Shown: piece after piece, positions 50,102 to 61,212 of the stretch
How positions within the stretch are numbered: the first letter of the stretch is position 1
Layout of the letters: each line of letters opens with the position of its first letter
NCBI GenBank assembly: GCA_942493235.1
Contig: OW818676.1
Location: 4,151,820-4,215,819 of the forward strand
Length of the DNA: 64,000 nt
Source: an uncultured bacterium
GTDB lineage: Bacteria; Bacteroidota; Ignavibacteria; Kapaibacteriales; UBA2268
Reading direction: 5' to 3'
Notes under the pieces: generated by a model
Told to the model about the DNA's origin: nothing
Database searches by the model: none
Seen by the model: only the letters and a program-made list of their open reading frames with translations
Made by a program: the position numbers and the translations under genes

Positions 50102-52402
50102 TTAAAAATTGATTTCTAATGATAGAGACGGTATTATAGGTAACAGAGTAACATCCTTTAATTCAGCCTCTTTTTCACTTGTGTCATAGTATCTCATAAG
50201 AATATCTTTATGATTATATACATTGTAGATATCTAAATTTAATCTTGATTTAAGCCCGAATATATCAAATTTCTTACCAATGCTGATATTTAATTGATGA
50301 GAAGCTGGCAATCTCTGCCCGTATTTTTGAGACGGGAATATGTGTCCATTTCCAAAATTCTCGTCAGGCATTCGAGTTTGGAATCTGGAAGTAGCTCCGG
50401 TATATGACTGCCCTGATTGAAAAGTAAAATTTGCTCCGAAATCCCAGCTTTCATCTAATCTGTACTGAAGGACTAATTTAATATCGTGTGTACGGTCATA
50501 TTTGGGATGGAACTCTTCACCATTATTTATATTTTCAAATTTAGATTTTATTACGCCATAAGCATAACCGAACCAACCGGTAAAATTCCCAACTTTCTTT
50601 TGAAAAAACAATTCAAAACCATAAGCTTTTGCACTACCCATTTCAAATACATCGCTTACGGTAGTGCCCTCGGTGGCAGTCATATTAACTTCACTAACAT
50701 TAGACAAGGATTTATAATAGGCATCTATAGAGAAGTCAATATCAGCAAATATTTTAGTCTCATAAGATAATATATAGTGATTTGCTTTAGCACAATCTAC
50801 AGTAGAATCGGTAGGCAGCCAAGTATCAAAAAATGAGAAATCCGGCATAGCCGATAATCTCAAATTCTGATGGTAAATTCCCCAAGAAAATTTGAACGCA
50901 CTATTGTCATCAATAGCAAAGCGAACAGCAAAACGAGGGTCTAACAATACTATATCCCTCTGCTGCCAATAATAAGTACGAAGCCCGCCCTGAAGTGAAA
51001 TCTCGCCGGTTAATTGCCAATTTAAGTGTGCAAATGCCGCATAATTCCAATCTTTAACTTTTAAATTAATTGTTCCACCGTCTGAGCCGGTCTGAGTAGA
51101 ATCAGTGTTGCCCGAGAAGTTCTGTAAATATCTAAAATTATAATTATTTATTTCTGAACCAAAAACAGCTGTAATTTCATCACTTGCAAACCATTCAAAG
51201 TTAACTTTTGCAGTATAATCTTCGATACTATTATCCATAATGCCTTTATACCCCGAATTGTCAACAGTAAGCTTGTTGCCGTATTTGCTCCAAGATAAAT
51301 TTACATTACTGAATAAATTATCTGCCCAGATTTTATTCCAGCGTAAGCCTAATAATTTATTAGATAAATCTAAGTCCATTACCAAGCCTTTATTATCTAT
51401 TCCAAAGTTATCTTTACTGAAAAACCCACTTGCGAAGATTTTATCATCTATTCCTAAATCTTGAGTAAATTTCGCATTTAAGTCATAGAAACCAAAATCA
51501 GGAAGTGGGTCTTTAGGGTCTTCGTCCATTGCTTTTTTGATTAAATCAAAATATGTGGAGCGTCCGCTTATAAAGTATGAACCGCCTTCCCAACCCATAG
51601 GTCCCTGCAATGAAGCTCTCGAAGAGATAATACCCAATGAAGCATTGCCTTCAAAATTCTCACGATTACCGTCTTTCTGAGTCATATTCAGAACAGCCGA
51701 CAGCCTGCCACCATATTGAGCTGGGAAGCCACCCTTAATCAGCTCAACATCTTTAATTGCATCGGTATTAAAAGTAGATATAAATCCGAATATGTGAGTC
51801 GGATTATAGACTGTCGCTCCGTCTAATAAAACTAAGTTCTGGTCCGGCGACCCACCGCGAACAAATAATCCGCTCGAAATCTGAGATGAAGTCAATACAC
51901 CGGGCAACATTTGCAAAGCACGAAATACATCGCTCTCGCCTCCGATACGGATTTCTTTAATCTGTGTTACGGGAACGTTTACTTTACTGATACTGATTTC
52001 TCTTTTTTCGATTTCACGTTCGGCAGTAATTGTAATTTCATCGGTAGTAGATTCCTTAGTTATTAATAAGAAATCTTTGCGTATTTGCTCTGTTTTCTTG
52101 AACTTAATAGTATTGGTTAGTTTTTCATATCCGATAAAAGATACCGTTACCGTATATTCTCCGGGTGGTATATTAGTCAATGAAAAGAAACCGCTCTTAT
52201 TAGTTTTAGAACCTTTTTTAAGGCTTGTTATTTGAACGGTTGCACCAATTAATGTTTCTTTGGTAGCATTATCGGTAACATACCCGCTAATCGAAGCATT
52301 CTCGCCCATTGATGCTTCTAATGCCCAAAGATTTTCTGCCGAAGTGCCGATGATAATCGTTGCACTTATAATTAGTAGTAATAATCTCCAAATCCTTTTC
52401 AA
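50102..52402 (-). CDS. TonB-dependent outer-membrane receptor with N-terminal carboxypeptidase-regulatory-like domain
   Basis: Signal peptide; GYVTDNATKETLIGATV CarbopepD_reg-like domain; plug domain; beta-barrel with C-terminal F. Confidence 0.85.
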   Translation of the reverse strand: MKRIWRLLLLIISATIIIGTSAENLWALEASMGENASISGYVTDNATKETLIGATVQITSLKKGSKTNKSGFFSLTNIPPGEYTVTVSFIGYEKLTNTIKFKKTEQIRKDFLLITKESTTDEITITAEREIEKREISISKVNVPVTQIKEIRIGGESDVFRALQMLPGVLTSSQISSGLFVRGGSPDQNLVLLDGATVYNPTHIFGFISTFNTDAIKDVELIKGGFPAQYGGRLSAVLNMTQKDGNRENFEGNASLGIISSRASLQGPMGWEGGSYFISGRSTYFDLIKKAMDEDPKDPLPDFGFYDLNAKFTQDLGIDDKIFASGFFSKDNFGIDNKGLVMDLDLSNKLLGLRWNKIWADNLFSNVNLSWSKYGNKLTVDNSGYKGIMDNSIEDYTAKVNFEWFASDEITAVFGSEINNYNFRYLQNFSGNTDSTQTGSDGGTINLKVKDWNYAAFAHLNWQLTGEISLQGGLRTYYWQQRDIVLLDPRFAVRFAIDDNSAFKFSWGIYHQNLRLSAMPDFSFFDTWLPTDSTVDCAKANHYILSYETKIFADIDFSIDAYYKSLSNVSEVNMTATEGTTVSDVFEMGSAKAYGFELFFQKKVGNFTGWFGYAYGVIKSKFENINNGEEFHPKYDRTHDIKLVLQYRLDESWDFGANFTFQSGQSYTGATSRFQTRMPDENFGNGHIFPSQKYGQRLPASHQLNISIGKKFDIFGLKSRLNLDIYNVYNHKDILMRYYDTSEKEAELKDVTLLPIIPSLSLEINF

Positions 52403-52885
52403 TTCTTTTCCTAAAATTATTTACAAATTTGTTTCTGTTTACATCTTTACAATCTTACGAAAGCAAACTTAAAAAGTTCGTTGCGGATAATAAAGTATAT
52501 TACTGTGAATGCCGAAAATTTACCGTTAAAAATATATTTTTGAAAGGTAAATACATTTAATTAACCTGTTTAAAGGCGACTGGCGGTAATTTTTTTTATT
52601 CTTATGATGCTTCTCATTACTTGCTTTTTTCAAAAATCTCTACCTCTTTTAGATATACTATATTTTGCTGATATGGCATATTTTGCACCCTTGAACTCGG
52701 TTCAAAGCAACTCAATATTAATAATGCTCTATGTGTAATCAACTCTACGATTACAGTTCGATTGTAAATGATACCTGCTAATAATGATATTTCGGGATAT
52801 TCAACAGGCTGTTAGCTAAAATCAAGGCAATAATTCATAAAATTTTGTTAAATTTGTTTTTTATTATAATTTAAATTTTAAGAAT

Positions 52886-54550
52886 ATGAAACAATCAAAA
52901 ATAATTCTTTTTGCTACTTCAACCGGTATATTATTCGGGCTTTCATTCCCACCGATGCCATTTAATTTACTTGCTTTTATTTGCTATATTCCATTGCTGT
53001 TTGCTTTAGAGCAATCGCCCAAACGCCCAAACCTATTAATCTATCTGACATTTTTAATGCAACATCTAACTACGTTATGGTGGATTGGTTCATGGCAGAA
53101 AGATGCTGATCCATTTCTGATGATAGCCGGAATTGCAGTATGCGTTTTACAACCGTTTCTTTATCTGTTACCTATGACATTATATAGATATATACGAAAA
53201 AAAGCAGATTTGAGCATAGCACTTATTAGTTTCCCATTTCTGATGCTCTGCTATGAATGGTTCAGAGCTTATACCGATTTCGCATTCCCCTGGATATCAA
53301 TAGGCTATAGCCAAGCAAATAATAGATACTTTTCTCAAATGGCTGACATTGGCGGGGTCTGGTTAATATCTTTAGTTATTTTGGCTCTTAACGTATTAAT
53401 TTTTAAATTAGTCATGAACTTTTCTGCAACTATACCGATAAAAAATAGATTTTTCGATTTTATAAAAGTAAAAAAGAATTATTCGCTAATTATCTTTACT
53501 TTATTAATTATTTTCATACCCCTTGCTTACGGTTATTCCACTGTAAGCTACTACAGCCACTCTAATCTTATTAACCGAAATGAAAAAATTAATATTGGGA
53601 TTATTCAGCCAAATATTAATCCTTGGAATAAATGGAGCCGCAATACAGTCGAAAGTATTTATGAGCATATTAAAGTTCAAGACTCTCTAATGAAAATATT
53701 CCCAAATTTAGACTTGGCTCTATGGACTGAGACTTCAATCACATATTATAATATAGAGATGAACAGCCACCCATACAATCTTGATTTCATGAAGAAATGG
53801 CTCGATTCTAATTCTGTCTCATTAATTAGCGGATTTACTGAAATATACTTTTTTGATAACAACGAAGAAATCCCAATTACTGCGGAGAAATTCAAATTAG
53901 ATACATCTAAAATCTATCAGTCTTATAATTCTGCAATTATGCTTTCTCCAAGTAAATATAATGATACTCTTCAAATTTATAGAAAAATGAAGCTTACTCC
54001 ATTCTCCGAAAGACTTCCGTATGTTGACTATTTAGCTTTTGCAAAAAATTTATTAAAATGGGAAGTTGGGATTTCTAACTGGGGATTAGGCTGGAATCAG
54101 CATAGTTTAACTCTACATACTGAGAAAGGAAATCGGGATGTAGCCGTAATTATATGTATTGAGTCCATTCATCCGAATTTTGTTAGAGATTTTGCAGAGA
54201 AAAGCGGAGTATTCACCATCATCACAAATGATGCTTGGTATAATCATACATTTGGTCCGGGGCAACATTATGCAATAGCTCAGATGAGAGCCATCGAGAA
54301 CAAGAGATATATAGCCCGTTCGGCTAACGGCGGCATTTCCGGTTTTATCTCTCCGACTGGCGAAAGCTTAATGCAAGCCAAACAATATACATACCAAGGG
54401 ATTGCTATGCCCGTTCCACTTATAAATGACATTACTTTCTATTCAAGATACGGAGATTGGGTTAATTATTTAGCTTTAGCTGCTGCACTGAGTATATTAG
54501 TATTTTCTACATTGAAAAAAACAAAATCAATTAAATCTTACATTGCTTAA
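52886..54550 (+). CDS. lnt: Apolipoprotein N-acyltransferase
   Basis: N-terminal polytopic membrane region plus C-terminal CN-hydrolase domain (catalytic VIICIESIHP). Confidence 0.8.
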   Translation: MKQSKIILFATSTGILFGLSFPPMPFNLLAFICYIPLLFALEQSPKRPNLLIYLTFLMQHLTTLWWIGSWQKDADPFLMIAGIAVCVLQPFLYLLPMTLYRYIRKKADLSIALISFPFLMLCYEWFRAYTDFAFPWISIGYSQANNRYFSQMADIGGVWLISLVILALNVLIFKLVMNFSATIPIKNRFFDFIKVKKNYSLIIFTLLIIFIPLAYGYSTVSYYSHSNLINRNEKINIGIIQPNINPWNKWSRNTVESIYEHIKVQDSLMKIFPNLDLALWTETSITYYNIEMNSHPYNLDFMKKWLDSNSVSLISGFTEIYFFDNNEEIPITAEKFKLDTSKIYQSYNSAIMLSPSKYNDTLQIYRKMKLTPFSERLPYVDYLAFAKNLLKWEVGISNWGLGWNQHSLTLHTEKGNRDVAVIICIESIHPNFVRDFAEKSGVFTIITNDAWYNHTFGPGQHYAIAQMRAIENKRYIARSANGGISGFISPTGESLMQAKQYTYQGIAMPVPLINDITFYSRYGDWVNYLALAAALSILVFSTLKKTKSIKSYIA

Positions 54551-54621
54551 AGCAGCAAAGAACCTATTTTTATTTAATTTAAAATTTGCCAATATTTTCG
54601 TATATTGTATTTTTGTAATTA

Positions 54622-56745
54622 ATGAAGAGAAAAAAGATGAAAAAATCAGCCTTACTTCTGGTTTTATTTTGTATTGGATATTTACCGCTATTGTCAAGCT
54701 TTGTACCTGAATATTTACAAGCGGATTTCAAAGGCGAATATAAACCTGTATCGTCTGAATTTAGTAAGAAAAAAGATAACAACTTAATGGGTAATCAAGA
54801 TGCCATTATCAGAAATTATGATGTGATTCATTATGATATCAGTCTTGACTGGTATAATGTAATGAAAGCAACCGCTGATACTAACGAATCAAGGTATTGG
54901 AACGGGACAATTAAAATTAGAGCTAAATTATTAGCGGACAATATTAACTATATTGAATTAGATGCTGCATTACTGAAAATTGATGAAGTATTAATTGATA
55001 ATATTGCACTTGAAAATCTTCCGATTTGTAACTCAAATAATATCCTTAAAATCGAATTTCCTAAAGTTTACAATACTAATGACACAATTGATATTAGTAT
55101 TAAATATCAATATGTTAATCTTACAAACATAGGATTCTATATTTATAATAAGCACTTTTTTGTCGATATAAATCCTTTTGGTAATAATGACAGTCTATTT
55201 ACCTTAGAAAGAATTGCCTATACACAAAGCGAACCAAAAGACACCAGATACTGGTTCCCGTGTAATGACCAACCTCACGACAAAGCAACAGTCGGACTAA
55301 CAATGAAATTACCGAAAGAATACACCTCTGCTTCGGTTGGTATTCTTTCTGATCAATATATAGTCGAAGATTCCGCATTTTTTATTTGGAGTTCCCGCGA
55401 TGCTATGCCTACATATTTAATTAGTGCCAATGCTTCGATTTTCCATACTTTTTCGGATTGGTTTACAAATAATAATAATGAAAATATAGAAGTAAAATAT
55501 TATGTTTGGGAGCAAGATTATAACAACGAAATTCAAGGTTATAATCCAATTGAAGCTTTTAACCAAACAACAGAAATGATGCAGTATTTCTCCGGTTTAT
55601 TTTTTGATTACCCATTTCAGAAATATGGCATGGTTGCAGTGTATCCTTTCGGCGGTGGGATGGAGCATCAGACTTTAACTACTATTGATCGCGATTGGTT
55701 TCGTGAAAGCTATTGCTATTCGGGGATAGCACATGAGCTTGCTCATCAATGGCTGGGTGATTATATTACTTGTTCAAACTGGAAAGATTTATGGATAAAT
55801 GAGGGCGGGGCTACTTGGTCAACTGCGATGTGGTTTCTTAACAAATACGGATATGAATCTTATTTAAAAGAAATATTAACAAATAGAAATAAGTATATTA
55901 ATCGCGGAGGATTATATTTTCCTCCAATTTACGATTTACCAGATAATATTCTGTTTATTGAAGCACTTACATACTGCAAAGCTTCATTATTTTACAATAT
56001 GACATATCAAGCATTGGGCTATAATCAGCAGTTAAGCGAATATAATTTTAATCTTATTTTAAGAGAACTTTTCAGCAGGCATAAATTGTCTTCAATAGAT
56101 TTAGAACAATTCAAAGCCGTATGCAAAGAATTAAATCCTGAGTTCCCGATTTCTTGGGACACTTGGTTTGACCAATGGATAGTTAAAGCCGGGCATCCAG
56201 AATTTGAGCTAAGCTCGGATATTATTCCCGAGAATAATCAATATTCAATTAATACAAAAATTACTCAAGTTCAAATTGGAATGGATGTACCCGAAGATTT
56301 TCAAGTACCTGTCTATATAATTTATAAATATGAAGACAATACTGCCGATACATCAATGGTTTATATGACCCAAAAGGAACAAGAATACAAAAAAGTAAGT
56401 AATAGAGTTCCTATGGAAATCGGATTAGATACAATCAAGCTCTTATGCCGAGTTGTTAACACGTCTATGCTGTCGGTTCAAACGTTTGACAAGATAGATA
56501 ATTCGGTATATCCGAATATTATCAATTCCGGAGATAATTTCAAAATTGCATTTAATGCAAATTCTGAAGTTGAGATAAAGATTATTGATATTTTAGGGCG
56601 AGAAATTAAAAATTTATTTTCCGGTTATATCGGCAATCAGTCCGCTACTATGGAATTTACAAGTCAAGGGCTTGAATCCGGAATATATTTTATAAAAATA
56701 TATTCGGAAAATATAAGCTCAAATTTAAAATTAATCGTCAGATGA
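54622..56745 (+). CDS. Secreted M1-family zinc aminopeptidase with T9SS C-terminal sorting domain
   Basis: GGMEHQT (GAMEN-type) and HELAHQWLGD...E (HExxH-18-E) motifs; C-terminus GIYFIKIYSENISSNLKLIVR T9SS tail. Confidence 0.85.
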   Translation: MKRKKMKKSALLLVLFCIGYLPLLSSFVPEYLQADFKGEYKPVSSEFSKKKDNNLMGNQDAIIRNYDVIHYDISLDWYNVMKATADTNESRYWNGTIKIRAKLLADNINYIELDAALLKIDEVLIDNIALENLPICNSNNILKIEFPKVYNTNDTIDISIKYQYVNLTNIGFYIYNKHFFVDINPFGNNDSLFTLERIAYTQSEPKDTRYWFPCNDQPHDKATVGLTMKLPKEYTSASVGILSDQYIVEDSAFFIWSSRDAMPTYLISANASIFHTFSDWFTNNNNENIEVKYYVWEQDYNNEIQGYNPIEAFNQTTEMMQYFSGLFFDYPFQKYGMVAVYPFGGGMEHQTLTTIDRDWFRESYCYSGIAHELAHQWLGDYITCSNWKDLWINEGGATWSTAMWFLNKYGYESYLKEILTNRNKYINRGGLYFPPIYDLPDNILFIEALTYCKASLFYNMTYQALGYNQQLSEYNFNLILRELFSRHKLSSIDLEQFKAVCKELNPEFPISWDTWFDQWIVKAGHPEFELSSDIIPENNQYSINTKITQVQIGMDVPEDFQVPVYIIYKYEDNTADTSMVYMTQKEQEYKKVSNRVPMEIGLDTIKLLCRVVNTSMLSVQTFDKIDNSVYPNIINSGDNFKIAFNANSEVEIKIIDILGREIKNLFSGYIGNQSATMEFTSQGLESGIYFIKIYSENISSNLKLIVR

Positions 56746-56842
56746 TAATATAAATTATTTTTTGAATTATATAATAATTTTTATATTTGTAAATTAGTGA
56801 TGATAATAAATTTTTACTTTTTATAAAAAATCGGAGTTTAAT

Positions 56843-57169
56843 ATGGCAAATAACATAATTCACGTAACAGATGCTTCATTTGATGAAGATGTATTGAAAT
56901 CTACAGTACCGGTTGTTATAGATTTTTGGGCTACTTGGTGCGGTCCATGCAGAATGATTGCTCCCTATATCGAAGAAATTTCTACTGAATATGAAGGTCA
57001 AGCTAGAGTTTGCAAAGTTGATGTTGATAACAACCAGAAAATCGCAATGACTTATGGCATACGTTCCATCCCTACAGTATTGTACTTCAAAGGGGGCGAA
57101 TTGGTTGATACTGTTATAGGTGCAGTTCCTAAAGCTCAATTAGAAGACAAATTAAAAGCTTTATTATAA
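56843..57169 (+). CDS. trxA: Thioredoxin
   Basis: 108 aa with WCGPC active site. Confidence 0.92.
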   Translation: MANNIIHVTDASFDEDVLKSTVPVVIDFWATWCGPCRMIAPYIEEISTEYEGQARVCKVDVDNNQKIAMTYGIRSIPTVLYFKGGELVDTVIGAVPKAQLEDKLKALL

Positions 57170-57206
57170 GATTTTATTATATTTATAGACTTTTATAATT
57201 TATATT

Positions 57207-57245
57207 AAGCCTAACGGAAAATTTATTCTGTTAGGCTTTTTTTTA
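57207..57245 (+). terminator. Intrinsic terminator after trxA
   Basis: agcctaacgg...ctgttaggct hairpin followed by tttttttt. Confidence 0.6.
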
Positions 57246-57596
57246 GAATTCTGAATAAAGCAAAGTTCAACTAAGTCAAAGCGGACTAAGGACTTGTATC
57301 TCCACCCTTATGAATAGTGTGTAAAAACCTTTGATAACTACCATTTATCGACCAATTACAATTACTAAAAGTCTCTGATCCCCACGCTGAAGCGTGGGGT
57401 TGAATGGAGTGGGCGATAAAAATTGCGGACATTTGAAGAAAGTTTGGAGTATTTTCACAAGCACCGATGAGTGATGTTGAATGATATACTACTATCATTT
57501 GTTATAGCTAAGATGGATTTTTACAACCACCGAAAGGTGGACTGTTAGATTCGATATATCCCATTTCTTGTAATAAATGATATTTTCCACAGAATA

Positions 57597-58946
57597 CTAA
57601 AAGACTTCAGTCAGAGCTAAGGATATTCTTTCGATTACTTTTAAACGGATTCCTTTGGGAGCTGCCTTTTCTTTATAGGGATTAATTGGCGAATATACAT
57701 TGGTAAAGCCTAATTTCACGGCTTCGTTAATTCTTTGTTCTAAAGAAGATACCTGCCGGATTTCACCTGTCAAACCAATTTCACCTATAAAGCATGTATC
57801 CATATCAAGTGGTATATCGCGTAATGAGCTAACTAATGCAAGCGATAAAGCCAAGTCCACAGCAGGGTCATCTATATATAATCCTCCGGCAATATTGACA
57901 AACACATCATGCTGCCGGAATGGCATTCCGAGCCGTTTCTCGAGCACAGAAAGAATCATCTGCAAACGCTTTTGGTCAAATCCGTTTGATGTACGTTGCG
58001 GCACGCTATACCCCGACGGAGTAACCAAAGCCTGAACTTCAAGTAATAAGGGACGGCTACCTTCGATAGCTGCAGTAATTGCAATTCCCGACTCTTTATT
58101 CTGCCTATCGGCAAGAAATAATTCCGAAGGGTTTTTCACTTCACGCATACCGTTGCCCTGCATTTCGAATATCCCGATTTCATTAGTAGAACCGTAGCGA
58201 TTTTTTAATGCTCGGAGTATTCGATAGCTGTACATTTTCTCTCCTTCGAACTGCAAGACAGTATCCACCAAATGCTCTAATATTTTCGGTCCGGCGATTA
58301 CACCTTCTTTAGTTACATGCCCGATAATAAATATTGTCTTTTGAGTTTTTTTCGCAGTTTGCATTAGTAGCGATGCACATTCGCGTACTTGAATAACCGA
58401 GCCGGGAGTACTCTCGACTCTTTCGGAATATACTGACTGAATTGAATCGACTACAATTATTCGAGCTTCAGAATTTAAGATCGCATAATTAATTGTTTCT
58501 ATACTGGTCTCGCTCATTAAATCTAAACTTGGATTAATGTCGTCCAATCTATCGGCACGAACCTTTATCTGCTCAAGCGATTCTTCGCCGGTTATATATA
58601 GCGGATTATATGCAGCCAATTTACTTACCATCTGAAGCATGAGAGTTGACTTACCTATCCCGGGGTCGCCACCGACTAATATCAAAGAGCCGGGAATAAT
58701 TCCTCCGCCAAGTACACGGTCTAACTCCTCTATACCGGATATCATTCGAAAATTATTATCAGTATTGATGTCCCTCAGCTTAATTATATTACCTTTTGCA
58801 GCCGGAACCATATTTACTTTCTTTTTGGGGTCTTGAGAAATTACTTCCGCAAATGTTTCCCAAGATTCGCAGGAAGGACATTTGCCTAACCACTTAGGAG
58901 AATGATATCCGCACTGGCTGCATTCGTAATGTGTTTTCTGTTTCAT
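57597..58946 (-). CDS. radA: DNA repair protein RadA/Sms (start probably MKQKTHYE at 58946)
   Basis: C4 zinc finger CSQCGYHSPKWLGKCPSCESW, Walker A GDPGIGKST, KNRYG motif, Lon-like C-terminal domain. Confidence 0.9.
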   Translation of the reverse strand: MKQKTHYECSQCGYHSPKWLGKCPSCESWETFAEVISQDPKKKVNMVPAAKGNIIKLRDINTDNNFRMISGIEELDRVLGGGIIPGSLILVGGDPGIGKSTLMLQMVSKLAAYNPLYITGEESLEQIKVRADRLDDINPSLDLMSETSIETINYAILNSEARIIVVDSIQSVYSERVESTPGSVIQVRECASLLMQTAKKTQKTIFIIGHVTKEGVIAGPKILEHLVDTVLQFEGEKMYSYRILRALKNRYGSTNEIGIFEMQGNGMREVKNPSELFLADRQNKESGIAITAAIEGSRPLLLEVQALVTPSGYSVPQRTSNGFDQKRLQMILSVLEKRLGMPFRQHDVFVNIAGGLYIDDPAVDLALSLALVSSLRDIPLDMDTCFIGEIGLTGEIRQVSSLEQRINEAVKLGFTNVYSPINPYKEKAAPKGIRLKVIERISLALTEVF

Positions 58947-59104
58947 TTTTGCTTCAAATATTCTTATGTTAAATTTAAGTTTGCAAAATAAAGAATTCAG
59001 CATTAAAATACTAAAAATAAGTTATTGGAAATAAATATTCTTTATCTGAGACTTTAGCATAATTATGAAAATAAGGTTCTTCATTATTATGAGTGGATAG
59101 TAAA

Positions 59105-59368
59105 ATTAGCTGCTGGGGGCTGGAAATAGGAATTGGGAATTGTACGCCTCCGTACTACGCTCTGCGTAGTGCCGCTGGAGGCTGAAAACCCTTTCAACCC
59201 CACCCAAACCCTCCCCAAGGGGAGGGCTAAAAGTTTATGATTGGGAAATGGGGGCTGGGGGCTATTCTTCAAATTCCCCTCCAAAAGGAGGGGTGGCATC
59301 GCGAAGCGATGACGGGGTGGGTTCTTTCTTCGGAATTGGGAAATAGGAATTGGATCGGAACTTCCGCT
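59105..59368. repeat. GC-rich hairpin island with internal and flanking direct repeats
   Basis: Consecutive perfect hairpins (gcctccg...cggaggc; ccctcccc-aa-ggggaggg; cccctcc-aaaa-ggagggg; catcgc-gaa-gcgatg); direct repeats ggaaataggaattgg at 59123 and 59337; gctgggggct at 59110 and 59253. Confidence 0.55.
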
Positions 59369-61212
59369 CGTCATATTGCAATAAGTAACTAATCTACCAA
59401 CAGATAAGTGTATTTTTGTTTAAATATACGTAGGCATTTTTATTAATGATAAATAATTTGTATATAAAATATTTATGCTTATATTTGTAAGCATTGTATT
59501 TTATTTGGAGATTATTATGTACGTTTCTAGAATTGCTAACAATAATAAATCTGAGAAAACTAAATATACAAGCCTGATAAGAGAATCTTACAGGGAGAAT
59601 GGGAAAGTTAAGACAAGAGTTATTTGTAATATATCGCATCTACCCGAAGATGAAATTTTAGCTATTGAATTTGCCTTGAAAAACAGAGGCGATGTCTCAA
59701 AATATTTAAAAGTCAAAGAATCAAGCCAAGTCTATAAAAGCGTCGGAGCAGTTCAGCTAATTTATGAAATATTAAAGAAATTTGGTGTGCATAAAGCTTT
59801 AGGCTCTAAATTAGAAGGCAAGCTTGCTCTAATGCAAATAATATCAAGAGTTATTAATCAAGGTTCTTGTTTGTCAACAATCCGCTATACATCAAATCAA
59901 GCATTATGCGAAGTGCTCAACATTCAAGAAAAAATCAGTGAAGACAGTTTATATGACAATCTTTCATGGCTATCATCAAATCAATCGAAAATCGAAGTCA
60001 AATTATTTAACGAGCGATTTAAAGGTTCTAAGCCAACATTATTTTTATATGATGTAACAAGCAGTTACTTCGAAGGTGAACATAATGATTTGGCAGAATG
60101 GGGCTATAATCGAGACAAAAAGAAAGGTAAAAAGCAAGTAGTTGCGGGATTATTGTGTGATGAAGACGGATATCCGTTATCAATAGAGCTGTTTGAAGGC
60201 AACACACTTGATTATCAAACATTTGGTAATCAGATTAAAAAAGTAGTCGAGAAGTTTAAATGCGAATATGTAACCTTTGTCGGAGACAGAGGTATGATTA
60301 AATCAAAGCAAGTAGATGAAATTACTGAAAATGATTTTTATTATATAACTGCAATAACCAAACCGCAGATTCAAACACTGTTAAATTCCGGTATAATAGA
60401 AATGAGCCTTTTTGATACTGAATTAAAAGAAGTAGAAAATAATGGCGTTCGTTATGTATTAAGACGTAATCCGCAACGTACTTTAGAAATACGTAGGTCA
60501 AGAAAGCAAAAGAGAGAAAAATTAGAAAGTTTTTTAAAAGAAAAAAATGATTATTTAGAAATGCACTCTAAAGCCTGTGTCGATGTAGCTAAAAAAAACG
60601 TAGATGAAAAAATAAAGAAGCTAAAATTAGATAGCTATTTATCTGTAGATGTATCAAAAGATAATAATCGTAAATTAGCAGTCTTTATCGATGAGCAGTT
60701 ACTTGCAGAATTATCTTTACTCGACGGATGCTATATAATTAAGACAAATTTACCGACTACAGTTGATAAAGAAATTATTCACAGCAGATACAAGGACTTA
60801 TCAAAAGTAGAAACAGCATTTAAGAATATGAAGACAGAAGTTCTTGAATTAAGACCTTGGTTCGTTCAGACAGAAGCGAGCACTCGCGGACACGCGTTTG
60901 TTGTCATGCTTGCATATTTAGTAATTAAGTATTTGAGAAATAACTGGAAAATATTTGGAATTCCCGTGGCTGAGGCTATTGACTCATTTAATAATCTATC
61001 AATTATCGAAGAAACTTACAAGACTGGAGAAAAGATTTATGTAATACCGGAGCCAAATAATAAGATGAAACAACTACTGGAGGCAATTAATGTTAAATTG
61101 CCAACTACATTACCACATATCAAAATAAATGTAGTCAGTAGAAAATTAAAGTAATATCATTTTAACTAATTTATATTACATATACTTAGATGCTGTTCTT
61201 GCCTTGTTTATT
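59369..61212 (+). mobile_element. IS1634-family insertion sequence (boundaries tentative)
   Basis: Transposase ORF flanked by 11-bp direct repeats cggaacttccg at 59358-59368 and 61215-61225. Confidence 0.4.
59517..61154 (+). CDS. IS1634-family (IS4-like DDE) transposase
   Basis: N-terminus MYVSRIANNNKSEKTKYTSLIRESYRENGKVKTRVICNISHL is typical of IS1634-family transposases; ~545 aa. Confidence 0.65.
   Translation: MYVSRIANNNKSEKTKYTSLIRESYRENGKVKTRVICNISHLPEDEILAIEFALKNRGDVSKYLKVKESSQVYKSVGAVQLIYEILKKFGVHKALGSKLEGKLALMQIISRVINQGSCLSTIRYTSNQALCEVLNIQEKISEDSLYDNLSWLSSNQSKIEVKLFNERFKGSKPTLFLYDVTSSYFEGEHNDLAEWGYNRDKKKGKKQVVAGLLCDEDGYPLSIELFEGNTLDYQTFGNQIKKVVEKFKCEYVTFVGDRGMIKSKQVDEITENDFYYITAITKPQIQTLLNSGIIEMSLFDTELKEVENNGVRYVLRRNPQRTLEIRRSRKQKREKLESFLKEKNDYLEMHSKACVDVAKKNVDEKIKKLKLDSYLSVDVSKDNNRKLAVFIDEQLLAELSLLDGCYIIKTNLPTTVDKEIIHSRYKDLSKVETAFKNMKTEVLELRPWFVQTEASTRGHAFVVMLAYLVIKYLRNNWKIFGIPVAEAIDSFNNLSIIEETYKTGEKIYVIPEPNNKMKQLLEAINVKLPTTLPHIKINVVSRKLK

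Noticed and set aside
57286-57498. 70-aa minus-strand ORF between trxA and radA
   Set aside because: Covers the dispersed hairpin repeat copy; no coding signal.
59087-59374. 95-aa P/G/R-rich minus-strand ORF
   Set aside because: Falls in the GC-rich hairpin/repeat island; its composition reflects the repeats, not coding sequence.
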